Assembly: GCA_950097015.1 (NCBI GenBank)
Contig: CATNEN010000012.1
Coordinates: forward strand, 3,472,001-3,536,000
From: Macrostomum hystrix
Lineage: Eukaryota; Animalia; Platyhelminthes
Length of the DNA: 64,000 nucleotides
Reading direction: 5' to 3'
Positions 37,365-49,359 of this stretch are shown in pieces; the first letter of the stretch is position 1; each line of letters begins with the position of its first letter. The position numbers were made by a program, and so were the translations under genes. Under the pieces are notes generated by a model. The model ran no database searches, had not been told where the DNA came from, and saw only the letters and a list, made by a program, of their open reading frames with translations.

Positions 37365-39598
37365 GTGAGTTTCACTTTCGGATGATCAGAGTAGGCATTT
37401 AGTCACGAATAACAACTTTTGACAGTCTCCAATGAAAACGTGCTGAAAAGGCATCTGATGGCATATTGGTTTTTCAGATCTAATTTTTGTTGCAAAAAGC
37501 AAAATATTTCCTGTTTGTTGCACTATGCTGGCCTATGCTGGCTAATTGAAGTTTAAATAGTGAATGTCGTCAGCGATTTTAAGCAAAACAAAACAACCGC
37601 ATTGCAAGAGCAGACCGAAATGTTTTTAACGCGTTTCTTCCCCCTCCCCTCCCCTAGGACATCTGTCAGCAGCTGAGGGAGACAGAAAGAGGTATCCTAT
37701 CTACCCTGCACTCTTAAGACTTCCTTCTCCTCTCTGATTCCCTAAAAAGTGAAAGAAGCTTTCCCGACCATCCATTATGCGTCTGCCGTGTTCCTTACTT
37801 TCAGTTTTTTCGGAACCCATCGCCAATCCACGCTCAAGTCTGGGATCTGTTGGATGAGAGACAGGAAAAACTTGGAAAACGAAACCATGTTGTACTGCAG
37901 AAGCGACGGCTTCCAAAGCGTGGCGAGCCTTTCTGTTTCGGAACTTAAAATCGGGAGCCGAAGCACTTGAAGCTAGTCTAGGCGGCAGGGAGATCAATAG
38001 ACATCTGGATCGGACTTCTGTCCAATTTGGGAAATAGAGTCAGACTGAACACTGTCGGCTGGGTTAGCAGCGCAAACAGCGTTGCTAGCCCAGTCACTCC
38101 CAATGGATCCTTGTTGCCAAGCTGCCACCAGTCCTTACAAGCTGCCGTGCTGCAGGAAGAAATAAGGGGACAGCAAGACAGCTAAAAAAACTCAACAAAA
38201 AGTCTAATTTCCTTTTTTGAGGGTAGGGACAGTCTGGCGTTTTTCTATCAAATGTCATTTTGACAGACGGGAAATGCTTATCTAGGAAATTCTTCTCCGT
38301 CAATTTTCACGGAACAGTTCAGGTTAGAGAACAAGGGAATCAGGCCAATTTTCTGCGTCCCACCGCTGCCACCATACAAAAAATTGGTGTAATTTATTGG
38401 CTTAAAGTATTTTCTCATAAGCAGTGCTACCGAAAGTAATTAGGACCTTCACAAAAATGTAAATAGTTTTCAAATGGTGCCTTACTTTCATTACTGTAAA
38501 ATGAAAAGTTTTCTACTTGCTAAAAAAATTTGCGTGCAAGAAGAAACAAGACAGAGGATTGTCGTAAACACAGTAAGTTCTTAAAATATGAGAATATATA
38601 AAACACGATATTTGCATGTGATCTGCTAGTCTCGTACCGGCTGCTCGTAGCAACGAGTCCAACGTTAAGCAAGCAATCGCCAAGGAGGAAGGAGGCATCA
38701 ATCAGGGCCAAGTGAAGGATGAGAGGGAGAGAAAGAGGATAGGAGAAAGAGAAGGGAGAGCCATAAAGCGACCACCGGTGTTTAGGCCATAAATGCGGTG
38801 CCCGCGAAAAGCCAATGCCTGCCCATGGAAGCGAAGCATCTTAAACCGGAGAGCTATGTTTTATTACTGGCCCATCCGACCTGGAAGACGCGGGTCAGGA
38901 GCCGTGCTGTGGCGCCGTCTATTGAGAACTTCTTATAATGTGGCTTCAGGCGAGTAGTGCCGATCGCAAGCGATTAAAACGCGGAACTGGCATATGAGAG
39001 GAATGCTGGGAGCCCTCACAGAATGCTAAATATAAACCTACCTAGCATGCGAGCAGGGATTACGAGTATTTAAGACGCTATTTAGATTGACGCTGGCTGT
39101 GGCACCGAGGAGTACAAAGAGGAAGCTAGGGATCTGGAAAACTCTGCACGCAACACAATGAAGATGACGGTTACGAAAAGACGAACGCCCAGTAGAAGTT
39201 TCCTGTCCTGTTGTCGTTCGTGTCTGGGAAGATTGGCAAGCTCAGCTTGAAGGTTCCGAAAAAATGTGCGTAGCACATTATGAAACTTTTAATGCAAATC
39301 ATTTCTTCTGACAGGCTTAAACTACCTGCCACAAATGAGGTATAAGCTTAATTAAATAAAAACGTCATTTCCGTTTCCAAAGTTTAATAGCTGTTCTGAG
39401 CAATTCTGTTCAATTCAGCTCTGTGCGGTTTTAAGCAGTGTTGTTGTGAATGCTATCGATAGACCATGTTGCCTTTTCTCAGCTAATCCTGATTGACTCG
39501 TGGAGAGGTTCAATATGAGTATCAGGATCAATTTAGTCAATCATATCTTGAAATCCACTACATTAAAGCTTGATACCTCCATCCTCAACTGTCCTCAG

Positions 39599-40164
39599 CG
39601 AACAGCTGACTGTTCAGCCCTGGTACCGCAGCAACGACTCGGATAGCAACAATCGGGCAGCCGCGATCGCTTATCGGACGCTACTGACCGTTACCCTTCG
39701 TAGGCCGAGCGGTGATCGCTACAATGAGTTCAACCGGCGAGTGCGTGAGCGCGCGAAAGCCGATTACGGTCTGAATGATTATCCCGACGGCCAGGTGAAC
39801 AGCTTCGTAGGCGCCATCCACGACTCTGTGCTACTCTACGCTCTGGCTGTCAACGATACCCTCGCCGAGTTCGGACCGGCCGGCCTATCCAACGGCTCGC
39901 TGGTCACTGAGCGGATGCGCAACCGCACATTCGAGGGCATCACCGGCCAGGTGAGCATGAACGGTAACGCTGACAGGGACGCGGACTACTCTCTGTTGGA
40001 CATGGATCCGGCGACGCTAAACTTCACCGTGGTAGCCAATTATCATGGGAGCAAGAAGCTCTACGTGCCCGTGGACAATCGACAAATCGATTGGTTCAAC
40101 AAGGACAACAAGCCACCGCCGGATGTGCCCCTGTGCGGATTCAAGAATGCAAAGTGCAAAAAAG
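39599..40164 (+). CDS. Receptor guanylyl cyclase B, exon 4/12
   Basis: QPW..FVGAIHDSVLLYALAVN..MRNRTFEGITGQVSMNGNADRDADYSLLDM..PPDVPLCGF..C. Donor G|GTGCGC is phase 1. Confidence 0.93.
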
Positions 40165-41384
40165 GTGCGCTCCGTGTTGGATCACTTCATACAGTACAGA
40201 CGTACAGTAGACAATCTAAACTCGCCATCGAGCGCACTCGAACTGTTAATTCGCTTCGAGTGTCGAGCCGAGTATTCAGCGATGCTTTTTAGCCACGAAT
40301 TTATCGATTGTAGCTTCGATTTTGAAGAGACGCTAATCAGAAAGTTTTAATTGGGACACTTGCCGAAGCTTTACGAGTAGATGTCTAACATGGAAACTAG
40401 CTACAAAGCGTAGGGCGACAGTAGTGCAAACGCCCACATATTTGGCGGCAGTTGCTTATCAGTACATGTCTGTTCGCTTGTCTGTCAGGGTGCATCGATA
40501 AAGTCTTCTCCGGTCCGTCGTAAATGTCAGTTAACAATTACCAATTGGAGAAACAGCTGCAAAATACTAGACAATGGACAGTCAGCAGCCCCAGAATTTT
40601 TTCTGCTCCCAAATTTGAGTCGCTTAGACTCAAAGGAACCGCCGCATTCTTGCGTAAACAAAGCGAGCCTATCTCTACCCGTTTTTCTATTCTACTTTTA
40701 CGACTAGAAATCTCTATCTCTGCGAGTTTCTAGGAAGGCATTTGCTACGTGAATAACACAATAACATCGAAGCGATTGAAAGATTGCAAGAAGTGTGGGA
40801 TAGGAGTGGCGCCAATCTTCCACCTAATTAACTGGGGATTAAGCCAGATCTCTCACTTCGATATTTCAAAAGGCTTCGTGCCGGGGGGATAGGTGTCTGA
40901 GCCGAATTCATTCTTCCAGATATTAAAAGACACACTCGATCTATGACTGTCTCTTTCATCCTCTGAGGATATCAAAAAAGGGATATTAGTTAGGACGTTG
41001 AAATCAAAAGAGGGGCATTCACTGGTTTGCGTTGCGTCAACTGGCACGCGAGCGCACGGATCAGTTTCAATTGATATTACATATTCTGGCTCAAAATTTG
41101 CTTTCAATCTAATTATTTTGATTGAAATATCATCTGTTTTCCAGGGCCAACTCATTTGAGTAGTCATTATGCTTTTCCTGGATAAAACTGAAATTTTAGC
41201 CGGTTTAGATGTTTGGTTACAAAATGATTCATTAAAATTTGTACAATTCAGCTATGTGGGATGATTCTTAACTAAATAAATTCGATCGTGTTGAAATGCA
41301 TGGCAAGAAAGGATTTGCAAAGGATTAGATCCCATAGGATGCAAGAGATAGCTGGGAATGCATTTGGACAGGATGCGAAGGATC

Positions 41385-42060
41385 TGATGGAATGAGATGG
41401 GATGAGATGGGATGGGATCAGATGGGATGGGATCAGATGGGATGGGATGGGATGGGATGGGATCAGATGGGATGGGATCAGATGGGATGGGATGGGATGG
41501 GATGGGATGGGATGGGATGGGATGGGATCAGATGGGATGGGATGAGATGGGATGAGATGGGATGAGATGGGATGGGATGGGATAGGATGGGATGGGATGG
41601 GATGGGATGAGATGGGATGGGATGGGATGGGATGGGATGGGATGGGATGGGATGGGATGGGATGAGATGGGATGGGATGGGATGGGATGGGATGGGGTGA
41701 GATGGGATGGGATGGGATGGGATGTGATGGGATGGGATTGGATGGGATGGGATGAGATGGGATGGGATGGGATGGGATGGGATGGGGTGAGATGGGATGG
41801 GATGGGATGGGATGTGATGGGATGGGATGGGATGGGATGGGATTGGATGGGATGGGATGGGATATGATGGGATGGGATGGAATGGGATGGGATGGGATGG
41901 GATGGGATGGGATATGATGGGATGGGATGGGATGGGATGAGGTGGGATGGAATGGGATGGGATGGAATGGGATGAGATGGGATGGAATGGGATGGAATGG
42001 GATCAGATGGGATGAGATGTGGGATTGGATGGAATGGGATGGGATGGGATGGAATGTATT
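41385..42060. repeat. (GGGAT)n pentanucleotide satellite in gene B intron 4
   Basis: About 130 units. Confidence 0.96.
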
Positions 42061-42399
42061 GCGATGGGATGAAATCTAATTGGGTCCAGTGCGATGGAAT
42101 GGGGTGAGATGTGAATGGATTTGAGGGAGCATATTGCGCAGATGTAACCATAAGTAAAGCAGCTGTTTACTTTGCAGATTGAACCATATTGACTGAGGCT
42201 AGTTACGCAGAGTGCAACAGCAAAGCAAAATGAATTCTGCGAGCAGCGCCAAACTAAAAGCCGTTTAGAGTTCAACTAGATATCAGGATAATCGATAACT
42301 GCCGACTCGATAGAGCCGAATAATATGGGAGGACGGATGTGAAGTACATTCAGATGTTTTGTGCGCAAGTATCTGTGTTAGGGGATGAGTGGCAGTGCG

Positions 42400-42535
42400 A
42401 TTGTGTAATTGACGCCATTGAGGGCCAGCACCCAAGGCACATCAGAGTGTACGCTTCCTTAGAAGTCAGGAAAGTCAGAACAGATGTACACACTTGTGTG
42501 ATCACTGGGTGCCCCTGTGCTCAGGAGTCAGCATT
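42400..42535 (+). mobile_element. SINE family 1, old diverged fragment
   Basis: AATTGACGCCATTGAGGGCCA..AAAGTCAG..CAGATGTACACAC..TGTGCTCAGGAGTCAGC. Confidence 0.65.
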
Positions 42536-42583
42536 GTAGGTCTACTGTCACCAAATATTTAAACAAAGCAAGGACTTATAAAG

Positions 42584-42944
42584 GGGGTCGGTGGCAGAGC
42601 GGTTTGCCTCTCGCACCAAGGTCCCTAAGTTCGATTCCACGGCGAGGCCACATTTATTTGGGGCGCAGCCGCGGAGAGAAGGCTTGGGGGCTTGTCGTGC
42701 AATTTACGCCCTTGAGGGCCAACCTCCAAGGCACAGTGAAATGTACACTGCCTGACGATGAGAAAGTCAGGGCAGATGTACACACCTGTGTGAGCGTGTG
42801 CCTGCGTACAGTATTTGTGTGCGTGTGTGCTCAGGAGTCAGCGAAATGGGCAGAATTGCCTCCTCGCTGGCTGCGGGTCTAGTGTCACCGAATGATGTGC
42901 CATTGCCCGCAGCCCTCCTGCAATTATTATTATTATTATTTATT
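42584..42944 (+). mobile_element. SINE family 1, full-length copy with 13-bp TSD and (ATT)n tail
   Basis: A box TGGCAGAGCGG, B box GTTCGATTC, 3' (ATT)n tail. Flanked by AGGACTTATAAAG at 42571-42583 and 42945-42957. Confidence 0.93.
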
Positions 42945-43024
42945 AGGACTTATAAAGAGATGATATTTTTAGTAGTCCTTGATTGAAACAAAGACGGTCG
43001 CCAAACCGCCACCAATTGCCGCAG

Positions 43025-43496
43025 ATCTGTCCCAGGTAGCCAAGTACGCGGTGGCCGTGCTTCTCGCTCTGATATTTGTGCTGGCCGCAATGGTGCTTCT
43101 CATCTATCGACGACTCAGGCTAGAGAGCGAACTCCAGAGCATGAACTGGCGCATCGCCTGGAGCGAGCTCGTCCACCCGGGCGACCGGCTGGCAGCCCTA
43201 GCCGCCGCGGCAGCCGCCGAAGATGTCGCCGAGACAACAATGACGGCAGCATCGAAGCGGAGGCGGCGGCATTATCAGAATGACATGGACGGTCGAGGCG
43301 GCTGCGCCAGCGACTTCGACGGCGCTGATGATCACGTGGAAGTGGCGAGCTTGGTGTCTCAGGACACAATCGCCGGTGTGCCCATCAGCCGGGTGCCCGC
43401 CACCCAGCTGTTCACGAGGACTGCTTATTACAGGGGCTGCTTGGTGGCTTTGAAGAAGCTGCCATCGAGAAACAAAAGACTGGAGTTGAGTCACAG
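43025..43496 (+). CDS. Receptor guanylyl cyclase B, exon 5/12 (TM helix, juxtamembrane region, start of kinase-homology domain)
   Basis: TM YAVAVLLALIFVLAAMVLLIY, then LESELQSMNWRIAWSEL and QLFTRTAYYRGCLVALKKL. Acceptor gccgcAG; donor AG|GTGGGT. Confidence 0.92.
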
Positions 43497-43516
43497 GTGG
43501 GTGAGGTCTGATGCTC

Positions 43517-44067
43517 TCTGATTGCTACTGAGTTCAGGAATCTGTCACTCCACAGACTCTGATTGCTACTGAGTTCAGGAATCTGTCACTCCACAGTCTC
43601 TGATTGCTATTGAATTCAGGAATCTGTCACTCCACAGTCTCTGATTGCTATTGAATTCAGGAATCTGTCACTCCACAGTCTCTGATTGCTATTGAATTCA
43701 GGAATCTGTCACTCCACAGTCTCTGATTGCTATTGAATTCAGGAATCTGTCACTCCACAGTCTCTGATTGCTATTGAATTCAGGAATCTGTCACTCCACA
43801 GTCTCTGATTGCTATTGAATTCAGGAATCTGTCACTCCACAGTCTCTGATTGCTATTGAATTCAGGAATCTGTCACTCCACAGTCTCTGATTGCTATTGA
43901 ATTCAGGAGTCTGTCACTCCACAGTCTCTGATTGCTATTGAATTCAGGAATCTGTCACTCCACAGTCTCTGGTTGCTATTGAATTCAGGAATCTGTCACT
44001 CCACAGTCTCTGATTGCTATTGAATTCAGGAATCTGTCACTCCACAGTCTCTGATTGCTATTGAATT
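43517..44067. repeat. 41-bp minisatellite (TCTCTGATTGCTATTGAATTCAGGAATCTGTCACTCCACAG), ~13 copies, in gene B intron 5
   Basis: GATTGC at 43561, 43602, etc. Confidence 0.95.
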
Positions 44068-44284
44068 TGTGAGATGAAATTTCGCGAGGGATATAGGTGT
44101 AAGGCGAGATGCTTTCAGTGCGAAACCTGTTAGTCGGTAGCAAATGCATTCGCGTGGAATAGCTTTAAACAGGGAAGCGACATTATTCCCCTTAAATTAC
44201 GAAATTAAAAAAATTCTTACACTTCGTCACTCCGTCACTCCGTCACAATTTCACTTTGTCACTCCGTCACTCCTCTCCTCTCAG

Positions 44285-44483
44285 GTTATTACTGGAAGTG
44301 AAGCGGGTCAAGGACCTGGCTTCAGACAACATTGTCCGCTTCATCGGCGCGTGCCTCGATCCGCCGAACGAATGCCTGGTGACAGAGTACTGTCCCAAGG
44401 GCTCACTGCAGGACATCCTGGAGAATGACAACATCAATCTGGACTGGATGTTCAAGCTCTCCTTGATGCTCGACGTCTGCAGG
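44285..44483 (+). CDS. Receptor guanylyl cyclase B, exon 6/12 (kinase-homology domain)
   Basis: [46 protein letters not shown]. Donor AGG|GTGAGA. Confidence 0.95.
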
Positions 44484-44615
44484 GTGAGAAGAGAGACTAC
44501 TACCGCTTGAGAGAAAAATAGAGAATGGGAGACAAGAGAGAGGGAGAGAGAGAGTGGCTTGTGTAGATGTCGCAGTGTAAATAGTTTTATAAAGAACAGA
44601 ACCTTCTACTTTCAG

Positions 44616-44784
44616 GGCATGATCTACCTGCACCAGAGCTTCGGGCCGCACGGCAACCTGAAGTCGTCGAACTGTTTGGTCGATTCCAGATTTAGCCTGA
44701 AGATTGCCCACTTTGGATTGCAGACATTGCGCGGCTGGCGGGAGCAGAAAGACAATGAGGCAGACACGTATGCGGCATATAGAA
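44616..44784 (+). CDS. Receptor guanylyl cyclase B, exon 7/12 (kinase-homology domain)
   Basis: GMIYLHQSFGPHGNLKSSNCLVDSRFSLKIAHFGL. Donor A|GTGAGA is phase 1. Confidence 0.95.
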
Positions 44785-44842
44785 GTGAGAAATTCACCTT
44801 GTAATTATACTCGTATATATTTAGTTAAATTCCGAAAAACGT

Positions 44843-45517
44843 AGATCCCAAAGTAAGTAGATCCCAATATAAGTAGATCCCAATATAGTTAAATCCCAAT
44901 ATAGATAGATCCCAATGTAGGTAGATCCTAATATAGGTAAATCCCAATATAGATAGATCCCAATGTAAGTAAATCCTAATATAGGCAGATCCTAATATAG
45001 GTAAATCCCAATATAGGTAGATCCCAATATAGGTAGATCCCAATATAGGTAAATCCCAATATAGGTAAATCCCAATATAGGTAAATCCTAATATAGGTAG
45101 ATCCTAATATAGGTAAATCCCAATATAGATAGATCCCAATGTAAGTAAATCCTAATATAGGTAGATCCTAATATAGGTAAATCCCAATATAGGTAGATCC
45201 CAATATAGGTAGATCCGAATGTAGGTAGATCCCAATATATGTAAACTCCAATATAGTTAAATCCCAATATAGGTAAATCCCAATATAGGTAGATCCCAAT
45301 ATAGGTAGATCCCAATATAGGTAAATCCCAATATAGATAGATCCCATTATAGATAGATCCCAATGTAGGTAAATCCCAATATAGATAGATCCCAATGTAG
45401 GTAGATCCCAATATTTGTAAATTCCATTATAGTTAAATCCCAATATAGTTAGATCCCAATATGGTAGATCCCAATATATGTAAATTAAAATATAGGTAAA
45501 TCCCAATATAGGTAGAT
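44843..45517. repeat. 16-bp minisatellite (ATCCCAATATAGGTAG/AA) in gene B intron 7
   Basis: Period 16 (CCCA at 45007, 45023, 45039, 45055). Confidence 0.93.
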
Positions 45518-45701
45518 AAAAAAGAAAATAAAAGTAAAAGCAAATCCAAAATTGTTTTTTTAACTAGTCAATCAGTAATTAATATAGGTAAAAAGACGTT
45601 TTTGACCATCGTTTAAAATGACTTATGAAAATCTTCAAGGACGATCTTTCGAATTTGCGTTCAAGAAAGAGAATAGCAAAAATTACCGCATTTTAAATCG
45701 A

Positions 45702-45851
45702 CAGTCTAATACCTGTTCCAGTCTAATACCTGTTCCAGTCTAATACCTGTTCCAGTCTAATATCTGTTCCAGTCTAATACCTGTTCCAGTCTAATACCTG
45801 TTCCAGTCTAATATCTGTTCCAGTCTAATATCTGTTCCAGTCTAATATCTG
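45702..45851. repeat. 17-bp minisatellite (CAGTCTAATACCTGTTC), ~9 copies
   Basis: Direct tandem units. Confidence 0.92.
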
Positions 45852-46137
45852 GATAATAATATAAGCAGCAATGATAGCCGACTTGAGGTTACATGATGAA
45901 ATTTTGCCACTAGACACTCCGACGAGAATCTTTGAATATCTGGACGACGCCGATGTTTTGTGACTCTGGAAGTTGTTTAATCGGATAGAGCGGATAGAGC
46001 GTGTTCTGGATTTTCATGGCCATTGGTTGAATATTTTGTGAGATTTTACAGAAAAAAAATGCGGGCATAGAAAATAGCCCCCCCGGTGGTGTTTCTACCG
46101 TTAACCGACAGAACACCCTAAATCTACACCAATGCAG

Positions 46138-46305
46138 GCAAGCTGTGGACGGCGCCCGAGCTCCTTCGCGCATCCGCCACCGATTCGACATTCGAAGGCA
46201 CAAAGGAGGGCGACGTCTACAGCTTCGGCATCATCGCCCAGGAGATTGCGTACAGGAAGGGCGTCTTCTACTTAACAGACAGCGATGACTGCATTGAGCC
46301 GAGGG
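46138..46305 (+). CDS. Receptor guanylyl cyclase B, exon 8/12 (kinase-homology domain)
   Basis: Acceptor aatgcAG; [34 protein letters not shown]. Donor G|GTAATG. Not in the ORF track. Confidence 0.93.
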
Positions 46306-46379
46306 GTAATGACAGGCCTGCATGTGAACCTTATGGCTGATCAGATATTAAACCGGCTATCGATACACTCATAACTCCA

Positions 46380-46660
46380 TCTAGCACCCACAAACCCACC
46401 ATCCTCACCTAGAACCCAACACCTCATCCAGCACCCACCACCCCATCCAAAACCCACCACCCCATTCAGCACTCACGACCACATTCAGCACCCACAAACC
46501 CACCACCCTCACCTAGAACCCACCACCCAGTTCAGCACCCACCCCCATTCAGCACTCAACACCCCATCCAGCACCCACCACCCCATTCAGCACTCAACAC
46601 CCGATCCAGCACCCACCACCCCATTCAGCACTCACTACCCCATTCAGCACCCACCAACCA
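46380..46660. repeat. Degenerate ~19-bp C-rich minisatellite (CCCACCACCCCATTCAGCA) in gene B intron 8
   Basis: Recurrent CAGCACCCAC/CATTCAGCAC motifs. Confidence 0.8.
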
Positions 46661-46693
46661 ATCCAGCAGCGCCTCTCACTGTTACTTCTGCAG

Positions 46694-47169
46694 AGCTGGT
46701 GTCGCAGCTGCGTGAGCCGCTGGACCCGCAGCAGCCTCTGCGGCCCAGCCTGAGCCTGGAGGAGCTGCCACCGGGCCTGGACCCGGATCGAGCTCACGCC
46801 CTTCTCGGCCTAGTCGGAAGCTGCTGGCGGGAGGAGCCCAGCGCTCGGCCAACATTTAACAGCGTGAAGGGCCGGGTTAGCCGGCTGAATAAAGAGGCGG
46901 CTGGCTCTGGGAACATTCTTGACAATCTGCTGCAGCGAATGGAGCTCTACTCAAACAACCTGGAGACTCTAGTTGCTAAGCGGACCGATCAGTACCTGGA
47001 GGAGAAAAAGAAAGCCGAGAATTTGCTCTACTGCATGCTGCCAAAGTCTGTGGCCACAACGCTGTTGCGAGGCGAATCAGTGGCCGCCGAATGGTTCGAC
47101 TCAGTCACTATCTACTTCTCTGACATCTGTGGATTCACCGCGCTGTCCAGCGAGAGCACGCCAATGGAG
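46694..47169 (+). CDS. Receptor guanylyl cyclase B, exon 9/12 (end of KHD, dimerisation helix, start of cyclase)
   Basis: CWREEPSARPTF..NILDNLLQRMELYSNNLETLVAKRTDQYLEEKKKAENLLYCMLPKSVA..VTIYFSDICGFTALSSESTPME. Donor GAG|GTTCGG. Confidence 0.95.
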
Positions 47170-47189
47170 GTTCGGCTTCATCTCAGCCA

Positions 47190-47517
47190 GATGGGGTGGC
47201 GGTGCACAGAAGGCGTGGCGGGCGCACAGAAGGGGTGGTGGGTGCACAGAAGGGGTGGTGGGTGCACAGAAGGGGTGGTGGGTGCACAGAAGGGGCGGCG
47301 GGTGCACAGAAGGGGTGGTGGGTGCACAGAAGGGGTGGTGGGTGCACAGAAGGGGTGGTGGGTGCACAGAAAGGGGCGGCGGGTGCACAGAAGGGGTGGT
47401 GGGTGCACAGAAGTGGTGGTGGGTGCACAGAAGGGGTGGTTGGTGCACAGAAGGGGCGGCGGGTGCACAGAAGGGGTGGTGGGTGCACAGAAGGGGTTGT
47501 GGGTGCACAGAAGGGGC
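47190..47517. repeat. 20-bp G-rich minisatellite (GGGTGCACAGAAGGGGTGGT) in gene B intron 9
   Basis: About 16 copies, starting 20 bp after the donor. Confidence 0.94.
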
Positions 47518-47616
47518 TTGTTAACAACGGAAAGTTATTTCTTGGAATAACAAAAATCTCGCCGTAATTCTCAAGTGCCAAATATGTTTTCCATCTTCAA
47601 CCTAAACACCTGGCAG

Positions 47617-47860
47617 GTCGTGACCCTGCTAAATGACCTGTACACTCTGTTCGACTGCATAATTGAACGCTACGACTGTTACAAAGTGGAGACAATAGGC
47701 GACGCCTACATGGTTGTGTCAGGGCTTCCGGTTAGAAACGGCAACAATCACGCCAGGGAGATTGCCAGGATGGCGCTTAGCTTTCTGGAGCACATTTTCA
47801 CCTTCAAGATTCGGCACATGCCGGATCAGAAGCTCAAGCTGCGAATTGGCATCAATTCTG
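47617..47860 (+). CDS. Receptor guanylyl cyclase B, exon 10/12 (cyclase domain)
   Basis: [55 protein letters not shown]. The Glu of KVETIGD is the GTP-specifying residue. Confidence 0.96.
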
Positions 47861-47896
47861 GTGAGGATATGGATGGCTGCATCTTGGGTAGCTCTT

Positions 47897-49128
47897 GAAG
47901 GATTGTTGGCGTCAAACGGAACTTGAAGGGCTGATAGTGTCAAACGGAACTTGAAGGGCTGATAGTGTCAAACGGAACTTGAAGGGCTGATAGTGTCAAA
48001 CGGAACTTGAAGGGCTGTTGGTGTCAAACGGAACTTGAAGGGCTGATAGTATCAAAGGGAACTTGAAGGGCTGTAGGTGTCAAACGGAACTTGAAGGGCT
48101 GATAGTGTCAAACGGAACTTGAAGGCTGATAGTATCAAATGGAACTTGAAGGGCTGATAGTGTCAAACGGAACTTGAAGGGCTGTTAGTGTCAAACGGAA
48201 CTTGAAGGGCTGTTGGTGTCAAACGGAACTTGAAGGGCTGTTGGTGTCAAACGGAACTTGAAGGGCTGTTGGTGTCAAACGGAACTTGAAGGGCTGATAG
48301 TGTCAAACGGAACTTAAAGGGCTGATAGTGTCAAACGGAACTTGAAGGGCTGTTGGTGTCAAACGGAACTTGAAGGGCTGATAGTGTCAAACGGAACTTG
48401 AAGGGCTGATAGTGTCAAACGGCACTTGAAGGGCTGATAGTGTCAAACGGAACTTAAAGGGCTGATAGTGTCAAACGGAACTTGAAGGGCTGTTAGTGTC
48501 AAACGGAACTTGAAGGGCTGTTGGTGTCAAACGGAACTTGAAGGGCTGTTGGTGTCAAACGGAACTTGAAGGGCTGTTGGTGTCAAACGGAACTTGAAGG
48601 CCTGTTAGTGTCAAATGGAACTTGAAGGGCTGATAGTGTCAAACAAAACTTGAAGGGCTGATAGTGTCAAACGGAACTTGAAGGGCTGATAGTGTCAAAC
48701 AAAACTTGAAGGGCTGATAGTGTCAAATGGAACTTGAAGGGCTGTTGTTGTCAAACAAAACTTGAAGGGCTGATAGTGTCAAACGGAACTTGAAGGGCTG
48801 TTGGTGTCAAACGGAACTTGAAGGATTGTTGGCGTCAAACAGAACTTGAAGGGCTGATAGTGTCAAACGGAACTTGAAGGGCTGATAGTGTCAAACGGAA
48901 CTTGAAGGGCTGATAGTGTCAAACGGAACTTGAAGGGCTGATAGTGTCAAATGGAACTTGAAGGGCTGTTGGTGTCAAACGGAACTTGAAGGGCTGTTGG
49001 TGTCAAACGGAACTTGAAGGGCTGTTGGTGTCAAACGGAACTTGAAGGGCTGTTGGTGTCAAACAGAACTTGAAGGGCTGTTGGTGTCAAACGGAACTTG
49101 AAGGGCTGTTGGCGTCAAACGGAACTTG
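47897..49128. repeat. 28-bp minisatellite (GTCAAACGGAACTTGAAGGGCTGATAGT), ~44 copies, in gene B intron 10
   Basis: Direct tandem units filling almost the entire intron. Confidence 0.96.
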
Positions 49129-49160
49129 GCCGATTAAAGAAGCAGCATTATCATCCGCAG

Positions 49161-49351
49161 GTCCCGTGTGCGCTGGTGTTGTCGGCCTGAAGATGCCACG
49201 GTACTGCCTCTTCGGCGACACGGTCAACACGGCCTCCAGGATGGAGAGCAACGGCCTGCCGCTAAAGGTCCACATCAGCGCCAGCACCTTCACCATCCTG
49301 CAGTCCATCGGTGGATTTGTCACCACGGTTAGGGGCGAGGTGGAAATGAAG
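49161..49351 (+). CDS. Receptor guanylyl cyclase B, exon 11/12 (cyclase domain)
   Basis: [39 protein letters not shown], with the guanylyl-specific Cys in RYCLFG. Donor AAG|GTGAGG. Confidence 0.96.
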
Positions 49352-49359
49352 GTGAGGGG

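Noticed and set aside
40853-41167. 104-aa minus-strand ORF in gene B intron 4
   Set aside because: No motif recognised and no supporting splice structure.
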